From Gammaproteobacteria bacterium (GTDB lineage: Bacteria; Pseudomonadota; Gammaproteobacteria; Steroidobacterales; Woeseiaceae), in NCBI GenBank assembly GCA_009937505.1, contig JAACFJ010000006.1:4923-68922 (forward strand): 64,000 nt of DNA, read 5' to 3'. Positions 9,779-18,946 of the stretch are shown here, in pieces (the stretch's first letter is position 1; the number at the start of each line of letters is the position of its first letter). Both the position numbers and the translations under genes were made by a program. The notes beneath the pieces were generated by a model. It worked only from the letters and a program-made list of their open reading frames with translations, had not been told where the DNA came from and did no database searches.

Positions 9779-11254
9779 TCAGGCGGCAGGCTCGATGTTG
9801 CTGTTGAGCCGGAACAGGTTACCGGGGTCGTGCTGCGCCTTGATCTTCGCCAGGCGTGAGTAGGCAGGACCGTAGTTGCCGGCCGCCGCGCCGCCATCGA
9901 ACTCGATGTTGTCGTAATAGCCACCCATGTAGGGCTTCAGTGCGGCGTACTGCGCCTTCGTAGCCTGGATCATCTCCTGGTCCATCGCCGGGTCGCCCCA
10001 GCCGGTCACGAAAACGAGCATGAGCTCGGCATTGCGGTGCGGAAACGCGGTGTCGGTCTCACCGACGCGCTTCACGGCCCCGCCGGCGACGTGGTTGGTG
10101 AGGAACATGCGCGGATCGTAGGCATCGATCAGCGCATCGACGAGCCCCTGCGACCATTCCCTGACCATGCCGTTCTTGGCATAGGACCGGACGCCGTGAG
10201 CCATCATCGCGTCGGCGCTCGTCTGCATGATCATGTAATCCTGCATCGCCACGCCGTCCGCCACCGGTTTGCCGATCGCCCTGAGCGGCGCGAGCTCTTT
10301 CTCCCCGGCAGCCGGATCGCCGTTATAGACAATTTCCATGATGACCGAGTCGCCGACTTCGGGCAGCCTCGCCAGGGAGGGCCCTACGTACAGCTCATCC
10401 GAGAGGCCGGCCGACCATTCGGCATAGAACTCGAGTACGTCGCGCGCCTGCTCCAATGGCCATACGATGTTGCCGGACAGGACGTTGCGGTCGAACGGGT
10501 GGAGCTGGTATTCGAATTCGGTTACGACGCCGAAGTTTCCGCCGCCGCCACGGATCGCCCAGAAAAGGTCGGGTTCTTCGTCCGCAGAAATCCAGCGGGC
10601 CTGGCCGTCGGCCGTGACGATCCGGGCCCCGGTAACATTGTCGATGGTCAGGCCGTACTTGCGGTTGAGCCGGCCGAATCCGCCGCCCAGCGTGTAACCG
10701 CCACAGCCCGTGTGCGAAACCACGCCGGCGGTCGTCACCATGCCTTTCTCGAGAGCCGCCGAGTCCAGCCCGTTCAGCAAGGCGCCACCCTGCGCGCGAG
10801 CGCGCCGGGTGTCTGCGTCTGCCGTGACGGTATTCATTTGCGACAGGTCGATCATGAGGCCGCCGTCGCAAACCGACTTGCCGGGCCAGCTGTGGCCGCC
10901 GCCGCGCACCGCGACGAGCAGGTTGTTGTCGGAAGCAAAACTGACGGCGTTGCCGACGTCCTCGGCATTCATGCAGCGCGCGATCAAGGCCGGGCGCTTG
11001 TCGTGCATGCCGTTCCAGATCATGCGGGCTGAGTCGTACTGCGGATGCCCGGAGAGCATTACGGGACCCGACGAGGCATCGCCGAGCTCCCTGATGGCCG
11101 CTTTCGTCAGTTCGATTTCCGCGCCGTCGAGAGAAATGGCGGTGATGCCCATGTCGGCTTGTGTCGCAACCGGTGTTTCTTTGCCGCAGCCCGGCAGGAA
11201 TGCCGCGGCTACGCCAGCAGCAACCGCAGACCGGCAGAATTGACGTCTGTCCAT
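9779..11254 (-). CDS. Tat-exported FAD-linked oxidase with a BBE-like C-terminus
   Basis: The N-terminus has a twin-arginine motif and a lipobox (MDRRQFCRSAVAAGVAAAFLPGCG). The FAD_binding_4-type core includes VAVRGGGHSW. The C-terminus (YDNIEF...DPGNLFRLNSNI) is typical of berberine-bridge-like domains. Confidence 0.8.
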   Translation of the reverse strand: MDRRQFCRSAVAAGVAAAFLPGCGKETPVATQADMGITAISLDGAEIELTKAAIRELGDASSGPVMLSGHPQYDSARMIWNGMHDKRPALIARCMNAEDVGNAVSFASDNNLLVAVRGGGHSWPGKSVCDGGLMIDLSQMNTVTADADTRRARAQGGALLNGLDSAALEKGMVTTAGVVSHTGCGGYTLGGGFGRLNRKYGLTIDNVTGARIVTADGQARWISADEEPDLFWAIRGGGGNFGVVTEFEYQLHPFDRNVLSGNIVWPLEQARDVLEFYAEWSAGLSDELYVGPSLARLPEVGDSVIMEIVYNGDPAAGEKELAPLRAIGKPVADGVAMQDYMIMQTSADAMMAHGVRSYAKNGMVREWSQGLVDALIDAYDPRMFLTNHVAGGAVKRVGETDTAFPHRNAELMLVFVTGWGDPAMDQEMIQATKAQYAALKPYMGGYYDNIEFDGGAAAGNYGPAYSRLAKIKAQHDPGNLFRLNSNIEPAA

Positions 11255-11359
11255 GTTGAACCCCCCAATATTTCCTGAGCGCTTAGCTTATAGGACCTAC
11301 TGCCCTATAAGGGAAAAGTTTAGACGAAAGCCGGAAATTAGCCAGCTGACAGGGGCCGC

Positions 11360-12313
11360 TCAGCGAACGAGTTCCGTGTCCGGATGAAACGTGTACCAGG
11401 CAAACCAGAACAGGCGCGTGGGCGTGTAGCGACCGCCGTGCTGGTCTCGGGCGGTGACCGAGCCGTCTTCCCCCATTTCGGCAACGAGCTCCAGATCACC
11501 GGACGTATGGGCATGTTTGCCGCCGTCATCGAGCAGCGATGCCGTGTAGGCGACAGAGCGACCGTCGACGTCGAAGCCGTATACGACGGTTTTCGGATGA
11601 ATCCTGTCGTCCTCGTTATTGACCGGAAACATGATTCCGTCGGAGCCCCGGTACCGTGCGTACCGGTCCGTGGAGTAATCGATCGAGTGGCCCGTGTCGG
11701 TTGACAATATCCGGGTATCGGGGTGCGCCTCGCGCCAGCGTTCCCAGGTGGTCATCGTTACGGGCACGAGTGCCAGGGTTTCGCCGGTTCTCCGGCCAAC
11801 GATTCCCTTCGCCTCGATCTGGTCCCAAAGCGTCTCGCTTGCGCGGTCGTAGAGCACGAGATCGCTGTTGTACAGGAGGCCCGAGACCCCGAACTCGGTG
11901 AGTTCGCCGGCAATTTCCCGGCGGATACCGACCGCCGAACCGCACAGCGGACACCAGGTGATGGCAACCGGGATGCCGCCGATCGTATCGTTCACTATTT
12001 CGTGGCGATCCATGATGCGCGCCGGATAGGCGCGGTGATCGCCGTTCAGCGCAATCGCGATGACCGGGTCGTCGTCGGCCACGTGCGATGCGGCATCCGC
12101 GGCAACGTATTTGGGGTCGTCGATGGAGGGAATGCAGTCGCGAGCGGGGCAGCCCTGGTGGAGATCCTCCAGCGCTACCGACTTCGGCGTCGATTCGTCG
12201 AAGCCAAAGGTATCGGCGAGAATATCGGTATCGTACGTTCGCTCTGCTGCCGCCGTGTACAGTGGCAGAGCTGCGCAGCAAACGGCGAACGCCGAGAGCA
12301 ATCGGGTCATCAC
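11360..12313 (-). CDS. DUF3179 domain-containing secreted protein
   Basis: It has a signal peptide and the motifs DCIPSIDDPKYV, AYP, TWCPLCGS and LLYNSDLVLYD. Confidence 0.75.
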   Translation of the reverse strand: MMTRLLSAFAVCCAALPLYTAAAERTYDTDILADTFGFDESTPKSVALEDLHQGCPARDCIPSIDDPKYVAADAASHVADDDPVIAIALNGDHRAYPARIMDRHEIVNDTIGGIPVAITWCPLCGSAVGIRREIAGELTEFGVSGLLYNSDLVLYDRASETLWDQIEAKGIVGRRTGETLALVPVTMTTWERWREAHPDTRILSTDTGHSIDYSTDRYARYRGSDGIMFPVNNEDDRIHPKTVVYGFDVDGRSVAYTASLLDDGGKHAHTSGDLELVAEMGEDGSVTARDQHGGRYTPTRLFWFAWYTFHPDTELVR

Positions 12314-12332
12314 TTTCCCCTGTGTTGGTTTG

Positions 12333-13346
12333 TCAGTGTTCTGACTTCAGGTCGCGGCGCATGAGTGCGCCGACTGCCTCGCGGGGTGATGCGCCGTCGT
12401 AAAGGATGCGATAGACCTGGTAGCAGATCGGCATTTCGATCCCGAGTTTCTCGGCAACCTCGTGCACGGCTTCCGCGGCCAGGACGCCTTCGACGACCTG
12501 TTGAATGTCTTCCTGCGCTTCCTCGACGGATTTGCCTTCCGCCAGCGCGAGGCCCATGCGGCGGTTACGAGACAGGTTGTCGGTACATGTGAGCATTAGA
12601 TCGCCCATGCCGGCCAGGCCCATGAAGGTTTCGCGCTTCGCGCCGAGCGCCACGCCCAGTCTTGTCATTTCGACAAGGCCGCGCGTAATAAGTGCCACGC
12701 GGGTATTCGCGCCGAAACCGAGGCCATCGGACATGCCGGCACCGATGGCGAGTACGTTCTTGACGGCGCCGCCCACCTCGACCCCGACCATGTCGTCCGA
12801 GGTGTAGGCGCGGAAATTGTCGCCCGAAAGTGTCACCGCAAGATCCTGCGCAAACGCCGCGTCGTTGGCCGCGATCGTGAGCGCGGTCGGCAACCCCTGA
12901 CCAACTTCCTTGGCGAACGTCGGGCCGGACAAGACGGCGACCGGCCGGTCGGCGCCGAGAACCTCGGCTGCGACCACGTGGGGAAGTTTCCCGGTGTGCA
13001 GTTCGAAGCCCTTCGTAGCCCAGCAGATTCTTGCGCCATTCTTCAACGACGGCCTGATGGCCTCGAGGGTCTCGCGGAAACCATGGCTGGGTACGGCGAC
13101 GAGGATATCGCCGACGCCTTCGAGACATTCGTCGAGCCCGACGAACGCCTGGACATTATCCGGAAAAGTCGCGCCCGGCAGATAACGCGCATTCACGCGT
13201 TCCTCGCGCATCTTTGCGAGCTGGATACGGTCGCGGCCCCAGAGCCTGATCGGCCGCCCGCATCTCGCGAACTGCAGCGCAAGCGCGGTCCCCCAGGAGC
13301 CCGCACCGAGGACCGCAATCGGCTGTGAGTGAGCGTCGCTTATCAG
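12333..13346 (-). CDS. gpsA: NAD(P)H-dependent glycerol-3-phosphate dehydrogenase (start codon unresolved)
   Basis: The body is strongly GpsA-like (GPTFAKEV, GGAVKNVLAIGAGMSDG, GDLMLTCTDNLSRNRR). The dinucleotide-binding motif PIAVLGAGSWGTALA is encoded in frame upstream of the first ATG (13211). No ATG, GTG or TTG exists between it and the secB stop, only CTG, ATA and ATT. Confidence 0.88.
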   Translation of the reverse strand: MISDAHSQPIAVLGAGSWGTALALQFARCGRPIRLWGRDRIQLAKMREERVNARYLPGATFPDNVQAFVGLDECLEGVGDILVAVPSHGFRETLEAIRPSLKNGARICWATKGFELHTGKLPHVVAAEVLGADRPVAVLSGPTFAKEVGQGLPTALTIAANDAAFAQDLAVTLSGDNFRAYTSDDMVGVEVGGAVKNVLAIGAGMSDGLGFGANTRVALITRGLVEMTRLGVALGAKRETFMGLAGMGDLMLTCTDNLSRNRRMGLALAEGKSVEEAQEDIQQVVEGVLAAEAVHEVAEKLGIEMPICYQVYRILYDGASPREAVGALMRRDLKSEH

Positions 13347-13825
13347 TGTGTCTCCGCCGCCGAGGCTGCTTCCGCCTGTTGCTGCTGCATCGATTGCTGG
13401 TACAGCGCATCGAAGTTGATGGGCTGCAGGACGAATTCGGGGAAGCCGCCCTTCTGGATAATCCCGGCGATCGCCTCACGCGCATAAGGGTATAACACGC
13501 CCGGGCAGAAACTGCCGATGAGTACGCTCATTTCCTCTTTCTCGTAGCCGCCGATCTCGAACAATCCGGCCTGCTGCAGTTCCACCAGGAAGATCGTCTT
13601 GTCGGTTTCTTTTTCCTTGGCATCGACGGTAATTGTCAGCACGACCTCATGCAGCGAATCGCTGACCGGCGAGTGCGAGCTGCGAAGGTTCAGGTTCGTG
13701 CTGGGCGCCCACTCTTTTGCATTGAAGACACTCGGTGTCAGCGGAGATTCGAAGGAAAAATCCTTGACGTAGATCTTTACGACGGAAAGATGTTTCTCGG
13801 GGGTCTGTGCTTCCTGTTCAGCCAT
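13343..13825 (-). CDS. secB: Protein-export chaperone SecB
   Basis: The 160-aa ORF carries typical SecB sequence (VKIYVKDFSFESP...LFEIGG...PYAREAI). Confidence 0.95.
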   Translation of the reverse strand: MAEQEAQTPEKHLSVVKIYVKDFSFESPLTPSVFNAKEWAPSTNLNLRSSHSPVSDSLHEVVLTITVDAKEKETDKTIFLVELQQAGLFEIGGYEKEEMSVLIGSFCPGVLYPYAREAIAGIIQKGGFPEFVLQPINFDALYQQSMQQQQAEAASAAETH

Positions 13826-13839
13826 GTTCTTTTCCTGGT

Positions 13840-14133
13840 CTAATGAGAATGCTGGCCGGCAGTCTCGCCGGCGAGCAGTTTATCCAGTTTGCCGCTTTTA
13901 TCGAGCGAACACACTTCGTCGAAACCGCCGACGTGGACGTCGCCGACAAATACCTGTGGAACCGTGCGACGGCCGCCGCTGCGCTCTTGCATTTCATCGA
14001 AGCGGGCCGGATCCCTTGACACAAGGATGTCTTCGAACTTGATGCCCTTGCGTGTGAACAACATCCGAGCGGCCGCGCAGTATGCGCAGAACTCGTCGCC
14101 GTAGATGACCACCGGAATCTTTTCGTTCTTCAC
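13840..14133 (-). CDS. grxC: Glutaredoxin 3
   Basis: VVIYGDEFCAYCAAARMLFTRKGIKFEDI...RRTVPQVFVGDVHVGGFDE matches glutaredoxin 3. I chose the GTG start at 14133 because it lies just after the rhodanese stop. The active site reads CAYC rather than the usual CPYC. Confidence 0.85.
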   Translation of the reverse strand: MKNEKIPVVIYGDEFCAYCAAARMLFTRKGIKFEDILVSRDPARFDEMQERSGGRRTVPQVFVGDVHVGGFDEVCSLDKSGKLDKLLAGETAGQHSH

Positions 14134-14144
14134 GGAACCGGCGC

Positions 14145-14594
14145 CTATTTCTTGCTCTTGCTCTTGGTCTTCTTGCCGGACACCACCGGCAATCCGGCCT
14201 GGCCCCATGCGCCCATGCCGCCCTTCAGGTTGTAGACACTCTCGAAACCGGAGTTGCGCAGGGTGTTTACTGCCTTCGATGACGTTACGCCGGCGTCGCA
14301 GACGGCGACGACGGGTTTGTTGCGAAACTTTGCCAGTTTTTCCAGGTGGCCATCCAGCTCGTCCATGGGAACGTTGCGGGCGCCGACGATATGGCCGCGC
14401 AGGAATGACTCCGAGCTGCGCAGGTCCAGCACCACTGCATCGTTGTTGATGAGCTTGACGGCGTCCGTTGGTGCAACCGCCAGCATGCCGGTGGCTTTGC
14501 GCCTGAGCTCGGTAAATATGACCAGCAGGAAACTGGCCACCAGCGCAAACACCAGCAAAGTATGGCTGCCGGCGAACTCCAATAATCTGTCCAT
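14145..14594 (-). CDS. Membrane-anchored rhodanese-domain protein
   Basis: It has an N-terminal transmembrane helix and a rhodanese fold with the catalytic loop VAVCDAGVTSSKA. The internal ATG (MDRLLEF) was chosen as start. Confidence 0.8.
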   Translation of the reverse strand: MDRLLEFAGSHTLLVFALVASFLLVIFTELRRKATGMLAVAPTDAVKLINNDAVVLDLRSSESFLRGHIVGARNVPMDELDGHLEKLAKFRNKPVVAVCDAGVTSSKAVNTLRNSGFESVYNLKGGMGAWGQAGLPVVSGKKTKSKSKK

Positions 14595-14695
14595 GAGGCG
14601 TCGTGTGCGCGGGCTGCGCAAGGTTGGTCGAAAGGCGGCATTATAGCAGCGCCCGGCGATGGAAATACCCCGCAAACGATCTACACTGTGCGCCC

Positions 14696-15815
14696 ATGCG
14701 CTACCTGTACATCCTGATCCCGTTCATTCTCGCCTCACCTGCGGCCGCCGTTGCCCAGGATGACGGGGCCGGTCTCGCCAAGATCAAGGAGCATGAACTC
14801 GAGGAGGTTCGCGACAAGATCAGCGATCTCAAGAAGAGCATGGACAGGAGCGCAAGGGATCGCGATCGGCTGACGGATGACCTGCAGAGCGCCGAGGTTG
14901 GCATCGCTGAAAAGCGTTTGCGCCTGCAGGACCTGGAGCGGGAGCGCGCCTACAGCGCGAAGCGCCTGGCCGAACTGGATGCCGCGATTGCCGAGCGCGA
15001 AGCGGAGCTGGCGCGGGAATCCGGGCACCTTTCGGCGCAGATCAGGGCCGCCTACATGAGCGGCAACCAGGAGAAGATCAAGCTGCTGCTGAACCAGCGC
15101 GACCCGGCAATCCTCGGCCGCATGATGACCTATTACCGGTATTTCAATGACTACAGGGCGGACAATATCGGCGCTGTAAGCTCGAAAATCCGCGAGCTGG
15201 CGGGGATGCACAGCGAAGTCGCGGCGGAAGAGGCGCGCCTCGCGGACCTCGCCAGGACGCGCTCCGCGGAGCTCGAGAAACTGGCGGCGGCGCAACAGGA
15301 GCGGCAGGCGTTGCTGGCGGCACTAAAGGACAGGATGGCGGCCGAGGGACGGGAAATAGAGCGTCTCGCGGCACAGGAAAAGGACCTGGCCCGGCTGATC
15401 GCGGAGCTGACCAGCATCCTTTCCGACTACCCGATCACGTCCGAGGAGCCATTCAGCGAGCATCGCGGTCGCCTGACGTGGCCGGTCGCGGGTACCCTGT
15501 TGCGCGACTTCGGCCAACCGCGGGTCGGCGGTGAACTGAAATGGAACGGGGTCGTGCTGGCTGCACCCATTCTCGGACTGGCTCGCAGGCATGGGCCTGC
15601 TCGTTATCGTCGACCATGGCGAGGGTTACATGACCCTGTACGGGTATAACGAGACGATTCTCAAGAACGCAGGCGACTGGGTCGCCCCGGGGGACGTAAT
15701 TGCCACGGTCGGTGACAGCGGTGGACAGGCAGACGCAGGGCTGTACTTCGAGATACGACGGGGCACCAGGCCCCTGAACCCGAGACGCTGGGTAACCCGC
15801 AGGCCCGGTGACTGA
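14696..15815 (+). pseudogene. envC: Murein hydrolase activator EnvC (M23/LytM family), interrupted by an internal deletion and frameshift near 15568-15570
   Basis: A signal peptide and long coiled coil end at ...KWNGVVLAAP. The LytM domain then resumes in another frame at FSDWLAGMGLLVIVDHGEGYMTLYGYN...GLYFEIRRGTRPLNP (track ORF 15591-15815). About 13-14 conserved residues are missing between the two parts. The 1120-nt total is not divisible by 3. Confidence 0.85.
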
Positions 15816-15921
15816 GTCGGCTTGGCCGAACTTGTCGGTCCTCACAGTACAGCGCCCACGGACTGTGGTATCGTCATTTGAACCGGCCGGGCAATGAAAC
15901 GGCCGGCGTGCGGAGTTGTGT

Positions 15922-17142
15922 ATGTCGTTGAAAGTCAGGGCTATCCTGGTCGTTGTGATCGGAACCGTAATGGGGCTGAGCCTTTCGATCGGTGGTGGTC
16001 TGCTTGCGGGGGGCGGCGCGCCCGCCGAGGAGGAGCTCGCCTGGGAGAACGCGCGGCTGTTCGCCGAGGTCATGGAGCGCGTCAAGCGGGATTATGTTGA
16101 ACCGCTGGACGATAGCCAGCTGCTCGAAAGCGCCATTCGCGGCATGGTCGGCGATCTCGATGCCCATTCCCAGTACCTCGACGCCGACGAGTATCGCGAT
16201 ATTCGCATCAGCACGACCGGCACCTACACGGGCGTCGGCGTGGAAGTCGCGGACATAGACGGCGCCATCAAGGTTGTCACGCCGATCACGGGCTCGCCGG
16301 CGGCGCGTTCCGGGATACAGAGCGGTGACCAGATCATCGCCGTTGACGGCATCGCGGTGGAGCGGGACCACCTGCAGGACACGATCGGCCGCATGCGCGG
16401 CCGTGCCGGATCGAGAATCAGCATCACGGTACTCCGTGACGACGAGGCCATCGACCACGAAATGCGGCGGGAGATCATTCGCGTCGCCAGCGTGCATTAT
16501 GAAACCATGGGCCCGTCCTACGGTTATATCCGCATCAGCCAGTTCAGCGAAACCACGGCGCGTGAACTCAGCCGCGCCATCGACGCGATGCAGGAAGCCG
16601 GCGGGGGCATGCTGGCGGGCCTGCTGCTGGACCTGCGCAACAACCCCGGCGGTGTGCTGGATTCCGCGGTCGACGTCTCCGACCTGTTTCTCGATTCGGG
16701 CGTCATCGTGTTGGCTGACGGCCGCACGAACGACGCCCGTTTCACGCGATCGGCACATCGCGGCGACGTACTCGATGGCGCCGAACTGGTGGTGCTGGTG
16801 AACGAGGGTTCCGCGTCCGCCTCGGAAATCGTGGCTGGCGCCCTGCAGGACCACGGCCGCGCGATCGTCGTCGGAACCGGCACGTTCGGCAAGGGGCTGG
16901 TACAGACGGTCATGCCCCTGTCCCAGGGCCGGGCGCTCAAGCTGACGACATCGCGTTACTACACGCCGTCAGGCGACTCCATCCACGAAACCGGCATTAC
17001 GCCGGACGTGTATGTCGAGGGCACGCCGGGTTATCCGGACATGAGCCTGAGCGGTTTTGTTGATCGCGAGCAGGACGCACAGTTGCTCGAAGCGCTGAAT
17101 CGCCTGCAGCGCGGCGATGTGATGCACAGCAACGCTCAATGA
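15922..17142 (+). CDS. ctpA: Carboxy-terminal processing peptidase (S41A, PDZ-containing)
   Basis: It has a PDZ segment (GSPAARSGIQSGDQIIAVDG), LDLRNNPGG, and the catalytic-region motifs SASASEI and FGKGLVQ. Confidence 0.9.
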   Translation: MSLKVRAILVVVIGTVMGLSLSIGGGLLAGGGAPAEEELAWENARLFAEVMERVKRDYVEPLDDSQLLESAIRGMVGDLDAHSQYLDADEYRDIRISTTGTYTGVGVEVADIDGAIKVVTPITGSPAARSGIQSGDQIIAVDGIAVERDHLQDTIGRMRGRAGSRISITVLRDDEAIDHEMRREIIRVASVHYETMGPSYGYIRISQFSETTARELSRAIDAMQEAGGGMLAGLLLDLRNNPGGVLDSAVDVSDLFLDSGVIVLADGRTNDARFTRSAHRGDVLDGAELVVLVNEGSASASEIVAGALQDHGRAIVVGTGTFGKGLVQTVMPLSQGRALKLTTSRYYTPSGDSIHETGITPDVYVEGTPGYPDMSLSGFVDREQDAQLLEALNRLQRGDVMHSNAQ

Positions 17143-17876
17143 CGTTTGCGCAATTCCGCGCCGCCGCGATCCTTCTGTTGCTCGCGTCGCAGAGTTTCGC
17201 GCAGTCCGTGCCGCGCATCGCAATCATCATCGATGATCTCGGCTACCAGATGGCGGCGGGGCACCGTGCCGTAGCGTTGCCCGGTCCGGTGGTCTGCGCG
17301 ATCCTGCCCGGCACGCCAAGGGCGGCGCAGCTGGCGCAGGCCGCCTGGGAGCGCGGCAAGGAAGTACTCCTGCACCTGCCGCTGCAGTCCGTCGATCATC
17401 ACGGCGCGGCAGAACCGGGCTCGATTACCCTCGATACGACTCGCGAGGGCTTCGCCCAGACCTTCACGATTGCGATGGAATCCGTGCCTTTCGCCGTGGG
17501 CGTCAACAGCCATCGCGGTAGCCTGCTCACGCAGCACCCGGGCCACATGAGCTGGCTGATGGAGGAAATTCTCCGGGCCGGCGGGCTCTACTTCGTCGAC
17601 AGCTACACCACGCATCGCAGCGTCGCGCTGCAGATCGCATCGGAGCGAGGCGTGCCGGCGATCAAGCGGGACGTGTTCCTGGATTCGGATCCGGCGCCCG
17701 AAAAGGTCGCGCAGGAGTTCGAGCGCCTCAAGGCGCTGGCGCGGGAGCGCGGACTCGCGGTGGGCATCGGACACCCTTACCCCGAGACGCTGGCGTTCCT
17801 GGAACGGGCGATCCCGAGCCTTGTCGAAGAAGGCATACAGCTGGTACCGCTTCGTGAACTGATAGACTTTCCCTGA
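17139..17876 (+). CDS. yibQ: Divergent polysaccharide deacetylase family protein (YibQ-like)
   Basis: A signal peptide is followed by [10 protein letters not shown]...HLPL...NSHRGS. An ATGA overlap with the ctpA stop fits the envC-ctpA-yibQ order known from enterics. Confidence 0.8.
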   Translation: MTFAQFRAAAILLLLASQSFAQSVPRIAIIIDDLGYQMAAGHRAVALPGPVVCAILPGTPRAAQLAQAAWERGKEVLLHLPLQSVDHHGAAEPGSITLDTTREGFAQTFTIAMESVPFAVGVNSHRGSLLTQHPGHMSWLMEEILRAGGLYFVDSYTTHRSVALQIASERGVPAIKRDVFLDSDPAPEKVAQEFERLKALARERGLAVGIGHPYPETLAFLERAIPSLVEEGIQLVPLRELIDFP

Positions 17877-18805
17877 TGATGAACAAAGTTGTTGCTTGTA
17901 TCGTCGCGAGCCTGCTGGCATTGCCTGTCATTGCCGCCGACGGTCCATTGTTACTTGCGCAAGCCAATGAGGTGGCCTGCACGATGGATTACACGCCGGT
18001 TTGCGGAGCCGACGGCAAAACCTACAGCAATGAGTGCGTCGCCAACGTGGCGGGCGCCGAAATCGTTGCCGAAGGCGAATGTCCCGCCGCGACCAACGGC
18101 GAGAACGCGGGTGAGGAAGCGGGCGAAAGCGACGGTTCGGATACGGCCGCCGACGAACAGGACGTCGTCGAGGAAGAATCAGACGAAGACGAATCTCTCG
18201 CGACCCCGGGGGAGTGCAGCGAAGATTACGATCCGGTCTGCGGCATCGACGGAAACACCTACATCAACGAGTGTTTTGCGGCGAAATCCCGCGTCGAAAT
18301 CGCCGGCCTCGGCGCCTGTGCGCCGAGCGGTTGTCCGGGCGCCCCGGATCCGGTCTGTGGCATGAACGGTCGCACCTACCTGAACCGCTGCGAAGCAAAC
18401 GTGGACCGCGTGCCGGTGCAGCGCGCAAGCGCGTGTGACATCAATAACTGCCCGCAGGTATTCGCGCCCGTCTGCGGCAACGACGGTGTGACTTACGAAA
18501 ACGCCTGCTTCGCCGACACGGCCGGAATTACGAGCTATACCGTCGGCATCTGCAACCAGCGCCCGTGTCCGAACCTGTTCGTTCCCGTGTGTGGTTCGGA
18601 CGATCTGACCTACGCCAATGCCTGCTATGCGGAGCGGCGCGGAACCCGCATCGACTATGCCGGCATGTGTGAGGAACAGGGGCGCAACTGTCCGCGGGTT
18701 TACCTGCCGGTGTGCGGGCTCGACGGCGTTACCTACGATAACGAGTGCCAGCTCGAAAACGCGGGCGTCATCAAGGCCTATGCCGGCGCCTGCATCGGCG
18801 ACTAG
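17876..18805 (+). CDS. Secreted protein with six tandem Kazal-type inhibitor-like domains
   Basis: A signal peptide is followed by six repeats of C-x(4-5)-PVCG-x-(D/N)G-x-TY-x-N-x-C-x(n)-C. Examples are [20 protein letters not shown] and [20 protein letters not shown]. An acidic linker follows repeat 1. The start overlaps the yibQ stop (TGATG). Confidence 0.8.
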   Translation: MMNKVVACIVASLLALPVIAADGPLLLAQANEVACTMDYTPVCGADGKTYSNECVANVAGAEIVAEGECPAATNGENAGEEAGESDGSDTAADEQDVVEEESDEDESLATPGECSEDYDPVCGIDGNTYINECFAAKSRVEIAGLGACAPSGCPGAPDPVCGMNGRTYLNRCEANVDRVPVQRASACDINNCPQVFAPVCGNDGVTYENACFADTAGITSYTVGICNQRPCPNLFVPVCGSDDLTYANACYAERRGTRIDYAGMCEEQGRNCPRVYLPVCGLDGVTYDNECQLENAGVIKAYAGACIGD

Positions 18806-18946
18806 CTAGCCGAAAAGCGTCAGGCGGCACGATACGGCGTTGAAGCCGGCCGCAAAATGCTCATGTACTCCCGTGTACACTGCGCTTTCTCGGCCGTCTT
18901 CGCCATGTCTCGCACTCGCCTGACGTTTTTCGTGGTTTGACAGAGA

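Noticed and set aside
11285-11315. A short AT-rich inverted repeat (CTTATAGG-n9-CCTATAAG) between the FAD oxidase and DUF3179 genes, considered as an operator.
   Set aside because: It is a single 8-bp stem with no second copy or recognisable regulator nearby. The evidence is not enough to call it a regulatory site.
15874-16854. A 326-aa minus-strand ORF lies opposite ctpA. Similar long antisense or alternate-frame ORFs occur at 17136-17921, 19650-20711, 29817-31280, 44186-45580, 54474-55898, 55932-56942, 61005-61880 and 61595-62773.
   Set aside because: All lie inside confidently identified genes on the other strand or in another frame, show no recognisable motifs, and have the biased composition expected of GC-rich shadow ORFs.
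18806-18946. The ORF 18820-19278 (-), and a possible long-range inverted repeat GTCAGGCG...CGCCTGAC followed by GTTTTT, considered as a terminator after the Kazal gene.
   Set aside because: The ORF mostly overlaps the 3' end of the HerA-like gene in another frame and has a basic low-complexity product. The repeat arms are about 90 nt apart, which is too weak to call a terminator.
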